From the human T2T-CHM13v2.0 reference genome, Homo sapiens, in NCBI RefSeq assembly GCF_009914755.1, contig NC_060929.1: 64,000 nt of DNA; one strand, given 5' to 3'. The notes beneath the pieces are model-generated. The model did no database searches, had not been told where the DNA came from, and saw only the letters and a list, made by a program, of their open reading frames with translations. The stretch's first letter is position 1; every line of letters starts with the position of its first letter. Of the stretch, positions 1 through 15,246 are shown piece by piece. The position numbers and the translations under genes were made by a program.

Positions 1-123
1 TTAAAGGGGTCTAAAAGAGTATCTAATGAGCATTGCCTCTCATCCCTGTTACCTAGCCATTCAGTTTCTCTTCTTACAGTTTCTTGTGTATCTTCCAGAA
101 ATATTTTTTGTAGATACAATAAA

Positions 124-150
124 ACACACACACACACACACTCTCTCTCT
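124..150. repeat. (AC)n(TC)n microsatellite
   Basis: Read directly from the sequence. Confidence 0.9.
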
Positions 151-1569
151 TAAGATTTTTGTGTCTTTTGACTTATATGGAAAGTTATTATACTTGATTG
201 TGAAATAGGTTTTACTATGATAATTTGCTGACCTACACTTATTTTGTTTTTTTCCTCTAAAACAATGTTTTCCTAATGTTTATTTACTTTGCTCTTATGG
301 CTACCCAGTCTGATTCCACATGCCCTCTTTTGGCCAAACCATCCGCAATTTGTGCTCTCCCTGTCTTCTATCTTTGCCTTCCTTCTTCTTTCTTAGATAT
401 TTAATCCTGGATGCCTCTATTTCTATTCACTGTACTATGGCATCAGCTTATAGTCCCTTAATTGCAATGAACTCTATGAAGCTCACATGTCTAGAATATA
501 ATCACTTTGGCTTCTTTCATGTTTGAATTGTTTTTCAACCAAGTCAGATCGAGTGGCCTTAGTCTAGGTGCTCTGTTATTGACTGTTCTGTATAATGTTG
601 AGGATACTTCTATTTAACAAATAATTAATACTAATAATAGTACATCTTACTGTATTATCTATGTAGCCATTAGGCATTTACCATCTTCTTTCAAATGTTT
701 ATCTTACGGTGTTAGATCTCTTTATACTTCATTAATTTATTTTTCACATCACAGATGGTTTAAAGTCTTCATTTACTATAACAACTTTGAAGGTTTTACT
801 ATTTCACTGTAGTCTCTTTCAGTTTGTGTATCCAACGACTCCTGTGGTCTTTAGCTCTGGATCCAGGGTCTTATCCAGAAAATCTTCATTTTGTTCTTTC
901 TTAATTTTTACTGAGGCTCTCTGGTTTTAGAGCCCAAAGATGGATGCTTCTACAGATTTAAGTTTTACCTATTATCACTACAAAACAAACAGAAACCCTG
1001 TCTAATAAGTCTTTTGGTGATTGATATTAGTTTCTGCTTTCTAATATTAGATCTTTAACTTTAGCCATGCACAAACGTTCTGTTAGGGGAATATTGAGCA
1101 TTACCTTAAGCAGTGGTAAAAACTGGCATGCTGTGTTATGTGAAGAAAGAAGATGATTCAGTAAACAAACAAAAGGCATTTATTGCCTTGTGCCAGCTGG
1201 CATCAGTATAGAAAACATGCAGTGTAATGTCACCCATGATATATTCCTGGGAAGTTGAGGTTCAGGATAATTCCACAAAATGGTTTCTGTGTAGAACATA
1301 TCATGGATGACAGGGGGCAGAGAATGCACACTGCCTTTGTCGTTTTCATTGTTGGGCTCTTATCTCAACTGAGCCTCATTTCCTATCCTGATGGGCATTC
1401 TTGTGCCTGATCTCTGTCTGCAGGGCTTCTGGGGCCCTTGACTTCACATCCTCCAGAGGTTGTTCAGTTGATCATGGCAGCTAGTCATCATAGAAGGTGA
1501 TGCTACTTTGCCTGTGGGTGAAGGTGGACTCTGACAGCATCTTTGAAGAATAGGTGATTTTAGTCTCTA

Positions 1570-2237
<668 letters not shown>

Positions 2238-2993
2238 ATAACATGGGTGCTACCCAATTAGTAGTGCTATAGTTCTGGAGCAGGATTTTGGAGGTCTCTA
2301 ATGGGCCTGGCGTTAACCCTTTAAGTACTTGAGTAATAGGGGTATGGAATATTTCAATACTTTTAACATTGCCTCAGTGTAACCCATGAAGATGAGCCTT
2401 GCCTGTGAGGCTGTGGGCTAATAGCCAAATACCTTCCTTCCATATTGACATTTTTTTTGCTTCCAGGCTCACCTCGAGGTACTTCCTTTCACCTCTTTCT
2501 CGGGCAGTGTTCTAGGATAGTGATTCCAGCTTTTTCTCTGTTATACATTATTTTCTCCACTGCCTTCATACTTTACATTTCTGCTTCTTTGGGGGGTGGG
2601 GGGGGTACACATTTGTCACTTGCTTTCCTTTCCAAGACCCAGGGAATCTCATGACTACTATAGTTCAGTTACAGTTTCTTCCTATATAGGTCATATTTCG
2701 TGTTCAATATACTTGTAAGAAATTAGACTTAACTTTAACATGTACAATTATACAAAAATGTGTAAAGGCAAAGGTAATCTTTTAAAATTTACATACACAC
2801 ATGCCTTTTCCATAAATGAAATTTATATACATGCTGATTCCCCTGATTTCCCTCCTTCCCTTCTCCTCCCTCCTTCTACCCGCCTCTCTCCACATTCCAC
2901 ATCCTCTCCTCCTAAGAACCAGTGTTACCAATCTGGAATCAATAACTGTATACTTTCCTTTGCCTATAGATTCCTGCTTCCCTTCCCTCTTTT

Positions 2994-3015
2994 CGCGCGC
3001 GCGCGCACACACACA
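2994..3015. repeat. (CG)6(CA)n alternating purine-pyrimidine tract
   Basis: cgcgcgcgcgcgcacacacaca read directly. Confidence 0.9.
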
Positions 3016-3199
3016 TTTTTGCATAGGTGTTTGCCTGATCAAAGTGGGATCATTGTTCACAAATGTTCACAAACCTGCATCATCTTATTCATCAGTAACT
3101 CATGGAAATCCTTGCAAGCCTTCTGGTTTACCTCTAATTTGTTCATTTTATTGCTGACTACACTATGTATTTGACCACTCCCCTCCCATGTGTTGTGTG

Positions 3200-3750
3200 T
3201 TTTTATTTCAGTGTGCTAACAGTAGGCATTATTTGTTTTAATTTTGCTGATCTGATGAGTGTGAAGCAGTTGTTCATTATTACTTTTTTTTTTTTGTCTC
3301 GAACTCCTGACCTGAAGTTATCCTCCCGCCTCGGCCTCCCAAAGTGCTTGGGATTATAGGCGTGAGCCACTGCACCCGGCCTGCTCATTATTAAAGTTGC
3401 ATTTCCCTTGACCACTGTTGAATTCAAATAATCTTTTTAATGTACTTGTAAGTCATTGGATTTGCTTTTTTATGAAGTGTCTGTTTGTATTCTTTGCCCA
3501 TTTTCTACTGTCATTTGTATGTTTTTCTTTGCCGGAGCTCTTGGTATATTATAGCTATTTGTCTTTTGACATTGCGTGTGTTTTCCCCCGCCTTTTTTAA
3601 TCCTTCCTAGCCAGCGGAAGTATATACTTAAAAAAAAAAAAAGTATTGAAGTTTTGTTTTTGTTCTCAGGTAGATGTGTTTATCTTTTGTTTTATGGCTA
3701 GAGGATTTCCTGTTTTGGGTAAAAATGTCTTTCTCACTTAGATTACTTAC
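3200..3750 (-). mobile_element. Old L1M-type fragment with an Alu left-arm fragment inserted at 3284-3381
   Basis: L1-like text (gtcattggatttgctttt...tttgcccattttct) interrupted by Alu 5'-end sequence. Confidence 0.6.
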
Positions 3751-5161
3751 ATGCACATAAGTTTGGGACTATCAGGGTTAAATCACAGAAGCAGAAGAAC
3801 TAGGAAAGATGTGTAAGGAATTTATTATAGGGATTTGACATTTTACAATCATGGGCACAGATTAAAGAGTTTATGTGAGGCTGTTGCTTTTATATTTCTT
3901 TTCTAAAAAGGGAGAGGACTTTTCAATTTGGTGTTTCTAGGGAAGAACCTTCACATTTCAAATGAGGGTTTGAAATAAATTGACATATTTCAAATACAGA
4001 TTCCTTTGCAAAAATGTCATGGGTGATAATAAATTGCCTGACTTTGAGCTTTTGGGTTTAAAGAAAATTCTTTTCACATAGACCATTTTAATTGTTTAAG
4101 ATCAAAATTCATTTGACCTGGGTGAATGGAAGAAGAAGCCCAATCATAGAGCTGGGTTAGTGAAGGTTTTTGGAGCCTTTCCTGCTATAGCATTCTATGA
4201 TAAACCTTCCTTTCACAATTATCATTGATATTACATCTGCAAGACTTTCGTACTTGTAAGTAGTTTTAAGAATATTTGTTTTTATTTTTTTACCCACATC
4301 TGCAAAAATGTGTGTGGATATCTGCGAATTATTTATGGATATACAAGTTTCTGAATGCAAGCACTGAATGTGACTCTACACACATTCAACTGAGTGGTTC
4401 TTTTTCTAATCAAGTAAGAGCAGTCAGTACAAGACTCAAAATCACAGGGGGAGCCAAACTTAAAAAAAATCTTTGACAAGAAATGAGCTAAATAATGGCT
4501 TTCTCTTTGAAATAAATAGGGGCTATTTTGTCTTGATCTGGGGCCATTTGCCTCCATTTCCCCCCAACTGAACACATGTACTTGTGTCTGTACACACACT
4601 CTCTTACATAGGCTTAAGTGAAAAGTGTAAATGCTAGAGGAACTTAAGTGGGAGAAGGAAAGGAGGACAGAACAGTTCAACAGACTCCTCAGACTGCAAT
4701 AGCGTAAAATATAGAAATTATGTGGTACAGTGAAAATAGAATAAAGGATTTAAAATGCAGAATTGATTTGACCCACTAAGCCTCTCTATTAGAAAAACAT
4801 TTCCCAGTAAGCCTCTCTGTAGACATTTTTCAGTTCCTTCTTTGGATAATTTTTTCTCATGTTACATTGTTTCCCCTTATTCTCTGTAGACACTGTTCAT
4901 TAAAAAGGGTAATGATGGCTTATGTAATAATGTCATCCTGTGGATGCACATCCAGTGTACTTCATACTCCACGGGACATACACTTTGAGTGATTCTCCTC
5001 CCAGCATTGGTAATGTATTTTCACTGAACTCACATCTTTTGAGTACCCATTATAACCATTGACAGATACTTTCCATTTCAGAGAGAAAAAAATATTGGGA
5101 TTTAGAGTGTGAAGAGCAAAATTGGTCCACTCAAACACCAAACCCATGATTGGCTTTTTAA

Positions 5162-5470
<309 letters not shown>

Positions 5471-6464
5471 TCAACTGTCATGTTTTAAACCAAACAAGCT
5501 AACCAGCCAGCACTTGTTTTTTCTATGTATAGATATTAATATAATTGTGGATGCAGGAAACTGCAAAGTTACCAGCAGATGCCCTTTACTTTCAGTGAGA
5601 GAAAATTCAGTTCATACTGGGTTAAACTGGTTTTTGTTTTTTCCTGTTTCCTAAAAATTTGCATCTAGGTGAGTTTTCATCTTCCTTTTAAAAAGCTTAG
5701 AATGCTGTTTTACCAGTGGTTTTTAGTTGCTGGCACTTGCCAGGAGGTGTTTGGGGAGTCTACAATTTTGTACGGTGTTTGGTGGGTGAGACAAGGTCTT
5801 TACTTTGTCACTGTAAGCGTGTGTCTTTCCTTCTTATAAAAAGAGCTGGAAAAGCAGTAAGAGTTGATTTTTGGTAGGTACTTTCCATTTGGGTTGGCTA
5901 AGTAAAAATGGCAGTAGAATTTTACTGTCTGGGATTTGACAGTTTTTGTAGTTTGCCTAGGTAGAGAAATTTGAGTTGTTAGCTAGTCTTGATTGTAATG
6001 AAAATGTGAAAAGAAATGTATGTTATTACTTGAGACTTTGAAGAGCTCTTATTATTACAATTTTTGAAAGAATCTTTCTAAAGAAGGAGAAAGTATGTGA
6101 CCCTGGAGAGGAAACTAGGGACATTATAGAGTTAATTTTGGGTAGAGAATGAAGGGATTCCAAAATCCTGAAACTTGTTGATACATATTTTTTGAAGTAT
6201 AACCCTCAAGATGTCATTTCTTAGCTTTAATTTCTGTTAAGATGGGAAGTAGATAATGGCTTGGGGCTTTTATTAAAATTATATTGATAGCCATGCCACA
6301 TACTTCTTAACAAAACCAGCAGTTCTGCTGAGATTTCCAACAGTGAAGCCATTAATGAACCTCTTGTATATGAACGTAACAAATTAAACCTTATAATAAG
6401 ATACTCTTTTGTAGTGTGTGAGGGAGTAAAATTAACATTGTCACTACACTGTGATGGTGCATTT

Positions 6465-6776
6465 CTTTCTTTTCCTTTTTTTTAAAGAATAAAACAGACA
6501 GGGTCTCACTCTGTTACCTAGGCTGGAGTGTAGTGGCCGTGATCATAGCTTACCAAAGTTTTAAACTCCCAGGCTCAAGTGATCTCCCACCTCACCACCC
6601 AAGTAGCTGGGACTACAGGTGTGTGTTACCACACTCGGCTAATTTTTAAATTCTTTGTAATAATGGGGTCTCGTCGTGTTGCCCAGGCTGGTCTCAAACT
6701 CCTGGCCTCAAATGATCCTCCTGTGTTGGACTCCCAAAGGGCTGGTATTACAGACAGGAGCCACTGTGCCTGGCCT
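6465..6776 (-). mobile_element. AluJ
   Basis: Diverged full-length Alu. Confidence 0.88.
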
Positions 6777-7609
6777 GCATTTCTGTTTAATATTTGCACC
6801 ATGTTAGGGAGCTAGAAATTATTGTTTAAAGCTTTTAAGAGTACATGACTAAGATTGGCAGAAGGGTGGATTTTACTAGGGTAGATTGGACTCAAGCAAG
6901 AGTGTTTCCCTCTACTACAAGGTAGAAACTGGACCTTTCTGTGCCTAATTCATGAGATGAAATCCTTATTGAGATTTGAAAAGAAAGTTGTAAATATGGA
7001 AGTATTTTAGAGAGAAATTGTGTATCTTTTCAGAAAATAGTTTTAGACTAGAGATTAATAATGAACACTTGAAAGTTGTCATGGGAACTCCAAGGCTGTC
7101 TTTAGTACATTCTGGTGAATGAATGATTTCTCTCATGTTTTTCCCTCATGCCCCAGTCTGCTGCCCATTTCTCTTGGAGGGAGTCATGTTCTTTTTCACC
7201 TGACCATTGGTTCTTACCCTTTGCCTGCCCTTTAAATAAATTTCTTTCCTTTTTTCTTTATCTCCCTTAACAGCCTTTTTCTAATAGTGGAAGTTACAGA
7301 TTTTTCTCTGCAAAACAAGAAAAATTGCCAGAATACATCTCTCTAAGTCACTGCTTTGGTCATCATATCCTAGCCGTCTTCAGAAATCTGGAGTGACTGC
7401 TCTTGTCAACCATGTTAAATCTAAGCTCCCTTCCTAGCCCCAGAGGCTTCTTGTTATTTGGTCCTACTTTGGCCAAGCCCAGAGTAACTTCACTATTAAT
7501 GGGCATCATGTCTCAGATTACTGGCTCTGGCCTTCTCTGTACCCAGCCATATTGAAATCCTGCTGTTCCTTTTGTACCAAGCTCAAAGCTCATTTATCCA
7601 CTGCATTCG

Positions 7610-7745
7610 TTAAAAAAAAAAATTTTTTTAAATAGAGATGGGGTCTTGCTATGCTGCCCAGGGTGGTCTCCAACTCCTGGCCTCAAGCAGTCCTCCCACC
7701 TCGGCCTCCCAAAGTACTGGCATTACAGATGTGAGCCTACCACTG
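7610..7745 (-). mobile_element. Alu left monomer (FLAM/AluJ)
   Basis: Left-arm sequence only. Confidence 0.8.
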
Positions 7746-7834
7746 CATTCTTAAGTGCCTTCCTATTTTCTAAATATCAGTAATATTAGTGGCACTGTCC
7801 ATTTGTATTTAACCATCAAAGCATGAAGCATGGT

Positions 7835-7950
7835 ACTGTTAATGCATAAAGGTTAAATGATTTATACAAGGTCCCATAGCTAGTAAGTAGAGGTGCTATA
7901 CTTTGAACCCAGCCTGGCTCCAGAATTTGAGCCCTTAACCACTGTGCAAC
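7835..7950 (-). mobile_element. MIR
   Basis: MIR core: aaggttaaatga...aaggtcccatagctagtaagt...tttgaacccag...cttaaccact. Confidence 0.75.
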
Positions 7951-8262
7951 ACTGTAAGGACTAGTTGAAATTAATAGTATATTAGATTGACAGTACCATA
8001 ACTTACAATTGTAATTCCCTTTCAGACATTTTATTTTGAAAATTACGCATGTAGGGAAGCTGAAAGAATTATACAGTGAACCACCCACATATGAATCCAC
8101 TTCTTAGATTCTATTAAATGTTTAAATATTTCCTTTGAGACATATTTAGCCATCCCTGTATCCATCTTACTGTTTTGATGCATTTCAAATTCAGTTGCAG
8201 ACACTTGTACATTCACCTCTAAACACTGTCCCATATGTGTCATTAATTAGAGTTAAAAAAAA

Positions 8263-8560
8263 TTTTTTTTTTTTTTTTGAGACAGGTTCTTGCTCTGTTG
8301 CCCAGGCTGAAATGCAGTGATGTTAACACTGCTCACTATAGCCTTGAACTCGTGGGCTCCAGCAGTCCTCCCACCTCAGCCTCCTGAGTAGCTAGCAGCA
8401 CGGGTATGCACCACCATACCTGGTTAATTTTTTTATTTTTTATAGAGACAGGGTCTTGCCATGTTGCCCAGGCTGATCTTGAACTCCTGGGCTCGAGTGA
8501 TCCTCCCACCTTGGCTTCCCAAAGTGCTAGGATTATAGGTATGAGCTCCTGCGCCTGTCC
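8263..8560 (-). mobile_element. AluJ
   Basis: Diverged full-length Alu. Confidence 0.88.
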
Positions 8561-8594
8561 CAGTATTTTTAAAGGTAAGTTTTATACATACTGA

Positions 8595-9045
<451 letters not shown>

Positions 9046-9774
9046 TAGTTCAAGTACATGAGTTCTACATGCCCCTCAGAATTAACCCCTGCTTTTCTGA
9101 TTGTTCGTGAACTTTCATTGGTTCTTCAGTTTATTACATTGACTTGAGAACAGGGCCATCTCCAGCTTATTTGCCAGCTTACTTGGCATGGAGCATAGTA
9201 TGATTGATGGGCTTGTTATTGTAGTCATCATTCTGAATTCCTAAATGGTATACATGTGTATTCTTCATTGATTAAAAATTCCTTTGATATGTCGTTTCCA
9301 GTCATTTTCATGAATTAAGCTGACCATATTCCTATTTGTTTTCCAATAGCACATGACTTGTTCAAGTGGCTTTGATGTTGAGGGAATGCTTCCCTTGAAA
9401 CCTATCCTTTTTTTTCCGTGACTGCCATTTTACAGGTATTGTTTAAAGATTTCTCAGACTGGTTTAGGAGGAAAGGATGGTTCTGTGAGTCTCATCTCCC
9501 ATCTACACCCATTCCCTTGGTGATCTCATCTAGGCTAGTGACTTTAAATACCTGTATTCACGGATGATGACTTCTAAATTTATGTTTCCAGCCTGGACCA
9601 TTCCCCTGGACTTGTCATCTCTACTTGGACGACTAATAAACATTCTAACTTTAACATGTCATATATTGAATCTTAATTGTTCTGCATCCCCCACTTTCCT
9701 AATGTGTTCCACTTAATAGTCTTCTTAATCTTTTCTTGGTATTCAGTTAGTTAAAATGCTAGTTACAAATAACA

Positions 9775-10046
<272 letters not shown>

Positions 10047-10619
10047 CTAAACAAAAAACAGAAGTCTAACCTTTCATAAGTATATCTAATCCCCAGACTC
10101 CCTTCTCAATTTAAACTGAGGGCGGGGTGTGGTGTGCGTGTGCATGCGTGTGTGTGTGTGTTTAAAGATTGTGTGTGTGTGTTTAAAGATTGATATAAAA
10201 TATTTGAAAGGTGAGATCTTAAAAATATTATTTTCCAATGTGGTACCTCTGATACTGAAATAATTGATGAATAAATCAAAATACTGATTATTGTTTTTGG
10301 AAAGCCAGTGATTTATGTTTTTACTGGAAATATATTTGTTTAATAATTCTAGTTATAAATTAGGGTAATGGATTTGGTGGGAGTGTCAGCTGAACTTCAG
10401 ATAAACCGTTTATAGTTTGTCCTGTTCTTCATAATCTATCTGATTCAACACACATCTAATTCAAAGCAAGCACAAATTGAGTGTCTAAATGGTACCACTT
10501 ATGCACTGTAATTTTTTTTGACACTTTAGGAATGCTGCATCAAAACTAAGAAAATTCCTGACCACCTGCTGTTAGATTTTCATGTGGAATAATAGACAAA
10601 TCTTAGACTGGCAGGGTTT

Positions 10620-10891
10620 GGTTTTTTTTGTTTGTTTTGTTTTGTTTTGTTTTGATACGGAGTCTTGCTCTATCTCTGGAGTGCAATGACGCAGTCTCAG
10701 CTCGCTGCATCCTCTGCCGCCCGGGCTCAGGCGATTCTCCTGCCTCAACCTCCTGAGTAGCTGGGATTACAGGCACGTGCCACCATGCCCAGCTAGTTTT
10801 TATATTTTTAGTAGAGACGGGGTTTCACCGTGTTGCCCCGGCTGGTCTGGGCACCTGACCTCAGGTGATCCACCCTCCTAGGCCTCCCAAA
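10620..10891 (-). mobile_element. AluS, 5'-truncated
   Basis: Alu motifs with a (GTTTT)n tail. Confidence 0.85.
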
Positions 10892-11161
10892 GACTTGGCA
10901 GTTTTAATACGGTAATAAAATGGGCTCTAGTTTTTGGAAGTTGACAGCAAGTGTCAGAGAACAGTTTTGCACACACTGGCTTGCAGGGTCTATCAGGAGA
11001 GAAGATGGAGATGTGGTGATGTGGTATTGTCCCATTTGCCTGCAGGAGTGTGCCGAGGATGGTATATTCTTCTTCTCTTTCCCACTGCCATTTTTTTCCT
11101 CCTGGTAAATTACAAGGGAAAATAGAGAGGTAGCGCTGTCAAGGCACTCCTGAACACAATC

Positions 11162-11453
11162 TTTTTTTTTGGAGACGGAGTCTCACTGTGTCGCCCAGGC
11201 TGAAGTGCAGTGGCATGATCTCAGGTCACTGTAACCTTTCAGCTGTCAGGTTCAGGAGATTCTTCTGCCTCAGCCTCCTGAGTGGCTGGGATTACAGGCA
11301 CGCACCACCATGCCTGGCTAATTTTTGTACTTTTAGTAGAGACGGGGTTTCACCATGTGGGCCAGGCTGGTCTCGAACTCCTGACCTCAGGTGATTTGCC
11401 CACTTCAGCCTCCCGAAGTGCTGGGATTACAGACGTCCACCAACACGCCTGGC
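11162..11453 (-). mobile_element. AluS
   Basis: Full Alu. Confidence 0.88.
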
Positions 11454-13074
11454 TCTGAACGCACTTCTTAATGTGTGGGCCACATGGGCGATCCTTACAT
11501 GAAATAGTTACTAGTGCCTAATGTTCGTGTCTTTTTTTTCTATTTGGATCAAAAACTGGCAGAACATACTTTCAAATGAAAGGTCCCAGCTTTCTTGTGG
11601 CCAATTCTATGGAATCCCAAGAAAACTGGAATGAAAGATTACTGCCTATTCTTAAAGAATTCTACATTTCTGAAATGTTTGCCATATCTTCTACGCCCCA
11701 ATTCACATTCCCCACTCCCAATTAAAAACAGCAAGAGAGCAACTTTTATTACAGGTATGAAGGGTGTTGGGGACTTTATTTGGTCATAGAACTGGAGTGA
11801 GTGCTAATTATTAAAAGTAAAAAGGGTACGTCTTAAATGGCAGGTATTCTTGGTCTTTTAAAAGTGAAAGCAAAATGAATAAATGCTATTTTATACTTGA
11901 ATCTGTACAAAGAGCAAAGAGAAGCGTGGACTGAAAAGATAGCTCAGATGAGTGACTATATTTTTTATTGTAATTTCCAAATCGTGTAGATTATTTTGTA
12001 GCTGATAGGCACTTAGTTTTGTGGATTTGGGAGAAGCAGGTAGTAAGCCCACGGTCAAGAGATGTGGGAAAGTAGAGAAAAGTTGTGGATGAAGGAGGAG
12101 ATAAAAGGATTTTCCTTGTTGGATAAACTAGATTATTATCTTGGAAAGACAATGCCAAGAAAGTTGTTTTCTTGACTTGAAGAATCTGGGTCATAAGATC
12201 TGATAAGTTCTGATAAGATTGTATGTCTTTCATTGAGATAGGTTAATTCTGAGCAAGCTTTATATGGAATAGAGATTTCAGTAATATGGAGGATTACTCT
12301 CCAGCTATCACGAAACATACCCTCCTGCGTGCATTGAACTAATGGATTATGTTTGTGTTTTTAAATTCTCATACCTCTCCTGCCCACACCCCTCAATAAT
12401 TCTGGCAAATCTGCCTTGGAACCAAACCTGCCACAATTGGAAGGGCTGCTTCCTAAATTAGATGTGATAGACTTAAAGTACATTTTTTTCTAAACAAAAA
12501 GGAACGTAATAGTGATCCTTAATTCTCAGCCATGTATTTTGTCCTAAAATATAATTGTCCAAAGCTGAGACATCAATGAGATTCTTATTTCTTTTGAAAA
12601 AATAGTATCCTTTTATGATAATGGATAGTACTTGTTGTCCTATATAATTTTACTGAACAAGGAAAAGACATCACTTGATTTTAAGTGACTACCTTATTCA
12701 GAAGGAATTTTTGAGTTAGGGATTTTAAACCTTTAGAAATTTAGCCTTGATTCATAAAGCCAAACGAGAGTAATATCATATCTAATATTATAGTACATTT
12801 TGCAAAGCAGGTTACTTGACGGTGAGATAATGTGGTAAGTTTTATATCAATATTAGATGTAAAAAGTGTAACAAGGCTGTTGAGGCTTACTGAAAGTTCT
12901 AGCTAATTATCAGTTCTCATTTTGAATACTGCACATTAACTTAGAGAAGAAAGACTAGAAAGTAGGGTTTTAGGAAGCAGCACATGGGTCTAACATGTCT
13001 TTAATGTGATTACATTCTCTATTTGATGGATCTGTAGCATTTCACTCTCTACACGTTGCTATTAAAAATAATAA

Positions 13075-13260
13075 AACAGTTTTGAGCATTTATTCTGTGC
13101 TAGCCTCAGGACTTTATGTGAATAAATCCCCCTGTGGTTGTTACTGCTATTAATTCTGTTTTACAGGTCAAAGGCCCAAGGTACATAAAGGTTGAAGGAC
13201 TTGTCCAGGGTCAGAGGCTCAAGTGTGGATCAGGGCTCCTAACTGCTGTGCAACTTAACT
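13075..13260 (-). mobile_element. MIR (degenerate)
   Basis: ttgagcatttattctgtgc...ttttacagg...acttgtccagggtca pattern. Confidence 0.55.
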
Positions 13261-13354
13261 TGCCCCTGTTGAAAATCTAGGTGGTTTTTTTTTAATGGCT
13301 TCTAGAAAGAGACAGTTAAATTTCTGACTTGTTCAGGCTAATGATTGCTTCATC

Positions 13355-13678
13355 TTTTTTTATATATATATATAATTTATTTTTTTTGAAACAGTGTCTT
13401 GCTCTGTTGCCCAGGCTGGAGGGTAGTGGTGTGATCACGGCTCACTGCAGCCTTGATTTCCTGGGCTCAGGTGATCTTCCTACTTCAGCCTCCCGGGTAG
13501 TTGGGACTACAGGCAAGTGTCACTACACCTGGCTAATTTTTGTGTATACATGTATTTTTTGTAGAGACAGAGTTTTGCCATGTTGCCCCTGCTGGTCTTG
13601 AACTCCTGGGCTCAAGCAGTCCTCCTGCCCCAGGCCCCCAAAGTGCTGGGATTCCAGGTGTGAGCCACTGCACCTAGC
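13355..13678 (-). mobile_element. AluJ
   Basis: Full Alu. Confidence 0.88.
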
Positions 13679-13771
13679 TGCTTTATCTTTTTAAATGTGT
13701 TGTTTCTTAGGAAATTAGTTATTGTGTTATAGATTCTTACCTAAGGAGAACACGTATGATTATCATCAGCA

Positions 13772-14866
13772 TTTTACAGCCCAGTTGGGTTCTTCTTGCC
13801 TGCTGCACAGAAAAAGCCAGTACCCTGAGACAGCAGAATTTGCAGCAGAGAAAGAGTTTAATAATCGCAAGGCTGATTGAGGTGGACAAGATACCTTTCA
13901 AATCCACCTCCCAAAGAATTTGGAGACTAGGTTTTTAAAGATGGTTTGGTAAGCAGGGGCTAGGGAATGGGTACTGCTGATTGATTGGGCTGGGCATGAA
14001 ATCATAGGAGTGTCGAAACTGTTTCTTGGTATGGATCACCAGTATAGGTGGCGTCAGTTGGTCCACTAGAATGCAGTCTGAAAAATATCTCAAACACCAG
14101 TCTTTTTTTTTAATTAGATGGGATCTTGCTCTGTTATCTAGGCTGGAGTGCAGTGGCACGATCTTGGCTTGCTGCAGCCTCCACTTCTGAGACTCAAGTG
14201 ATCCTCCCACCTCAGCCTCCAGAGTAGCTGGGACTACAGGTGCACCACACCCAGCTACTTTTTGTATTTTTAGTAGAGACAGGGTTTTGCCATATTGGCC
14301 AGGCTGGTCTCAAAGTCTTGACCTCAAGTGGTCCTCCTGCCTTCCAGAGTGCTGGGATTACAGGCATGAGCCACTGCACCTGGCCTTTTCTTTTTTTTAG
14401 ACAGAGTCTCACTGTGTTGCCCACCAGTCTTAAGTTTCACAGTAGTGATGTTGCTTATAGAAGCAATTGGGAAAGTTACAAATCTTATTATGACCATTGG
14501 CTAAGTGACTCCTGAGCAGTAAACAATTATAAAAAGCAAGCTAGGAAACAGTAATAGCCTACTGTTTTAACTATGCTTAGATCTTATCAGAATAATTTTA
14601 ACCTTACCACCTTTCATTAATTTTAGAAAGGCAGTTTCAGACCACCAACGAGAAGAAGGGTAGTTTTTGGGAGGGGACTATGATCATCCTTGCTTTAAAG
14701 TTAAGCTGTAAACTAAATTCCTCAGCTAAATTATAAACTAAATCCTCCCATAGTTAGCTTAGCCTATGCACAGGAATGAACAAAGACAACTTGTGAGGTT
14801 AGAAACAAGATGGAATCAGTTATGTTCGATTGCTCTCACTTGTATAATTTTGCAAAGGTGGTTTCA
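13772..14866 (-). mobile_element. ERV1 solo LTR, LTR8-like, interrupted by Alu (14103-14423)
   Basis: Minus strand starts TGAAACCACCTTTGCAAAATTATA, the LTR8-group 5' end. The internal Alu block is flanked by TSD caccagtctt. Confidence 0.75.
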
Positions 14867-14929
14867 TGCACAACCAGAGATGTTGTATGAAATATGCTTC
14901 TGTTCATTCCTGATGTAGTGGAAGATGTG

Positions 14930-15246
14930 TTTTTTGTTTTTGTTTTTGTTTTTGTTTTTGTTTTTGGAGAGGGAGTCTTGCTCTGTTGCCCAGGCTGGAG
15001 TGCAGTGGCGCGATCTCGGCTCACTACAACCTCCGCCTTCCAGGTTCAAGCAGTTCTCTGCCTCAGCCTCCCGAGAAGCTGGGATTACAGGTGCTCGCCA
15101 CCACACCCGGCTAATTTTTGTATTTTTAGTAGAGACGGGGTTTCACCATCTTGGCCAGGCTGGTCTTGAACTCCTGACCTCGTGATCCACCCGCCTCTGC
15201 CTCCCAAAGTGCTGGGATTACAGGCGTGAGCCACCGCTCCCGGCCG
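14930..15246 (-). mobile_element. AluS
   Basis: Full Alu, (GTTTTT)n tail, TSD gaagatgt. Confidence 0.92.

Noticed and set aside
4775-4895. Short degenerate repeats taagcctctct / tctctgtagaca
   Set aside because: Only 2-3 imperfect, irregularly spaced copies; probably an old local duplication and not array-like.
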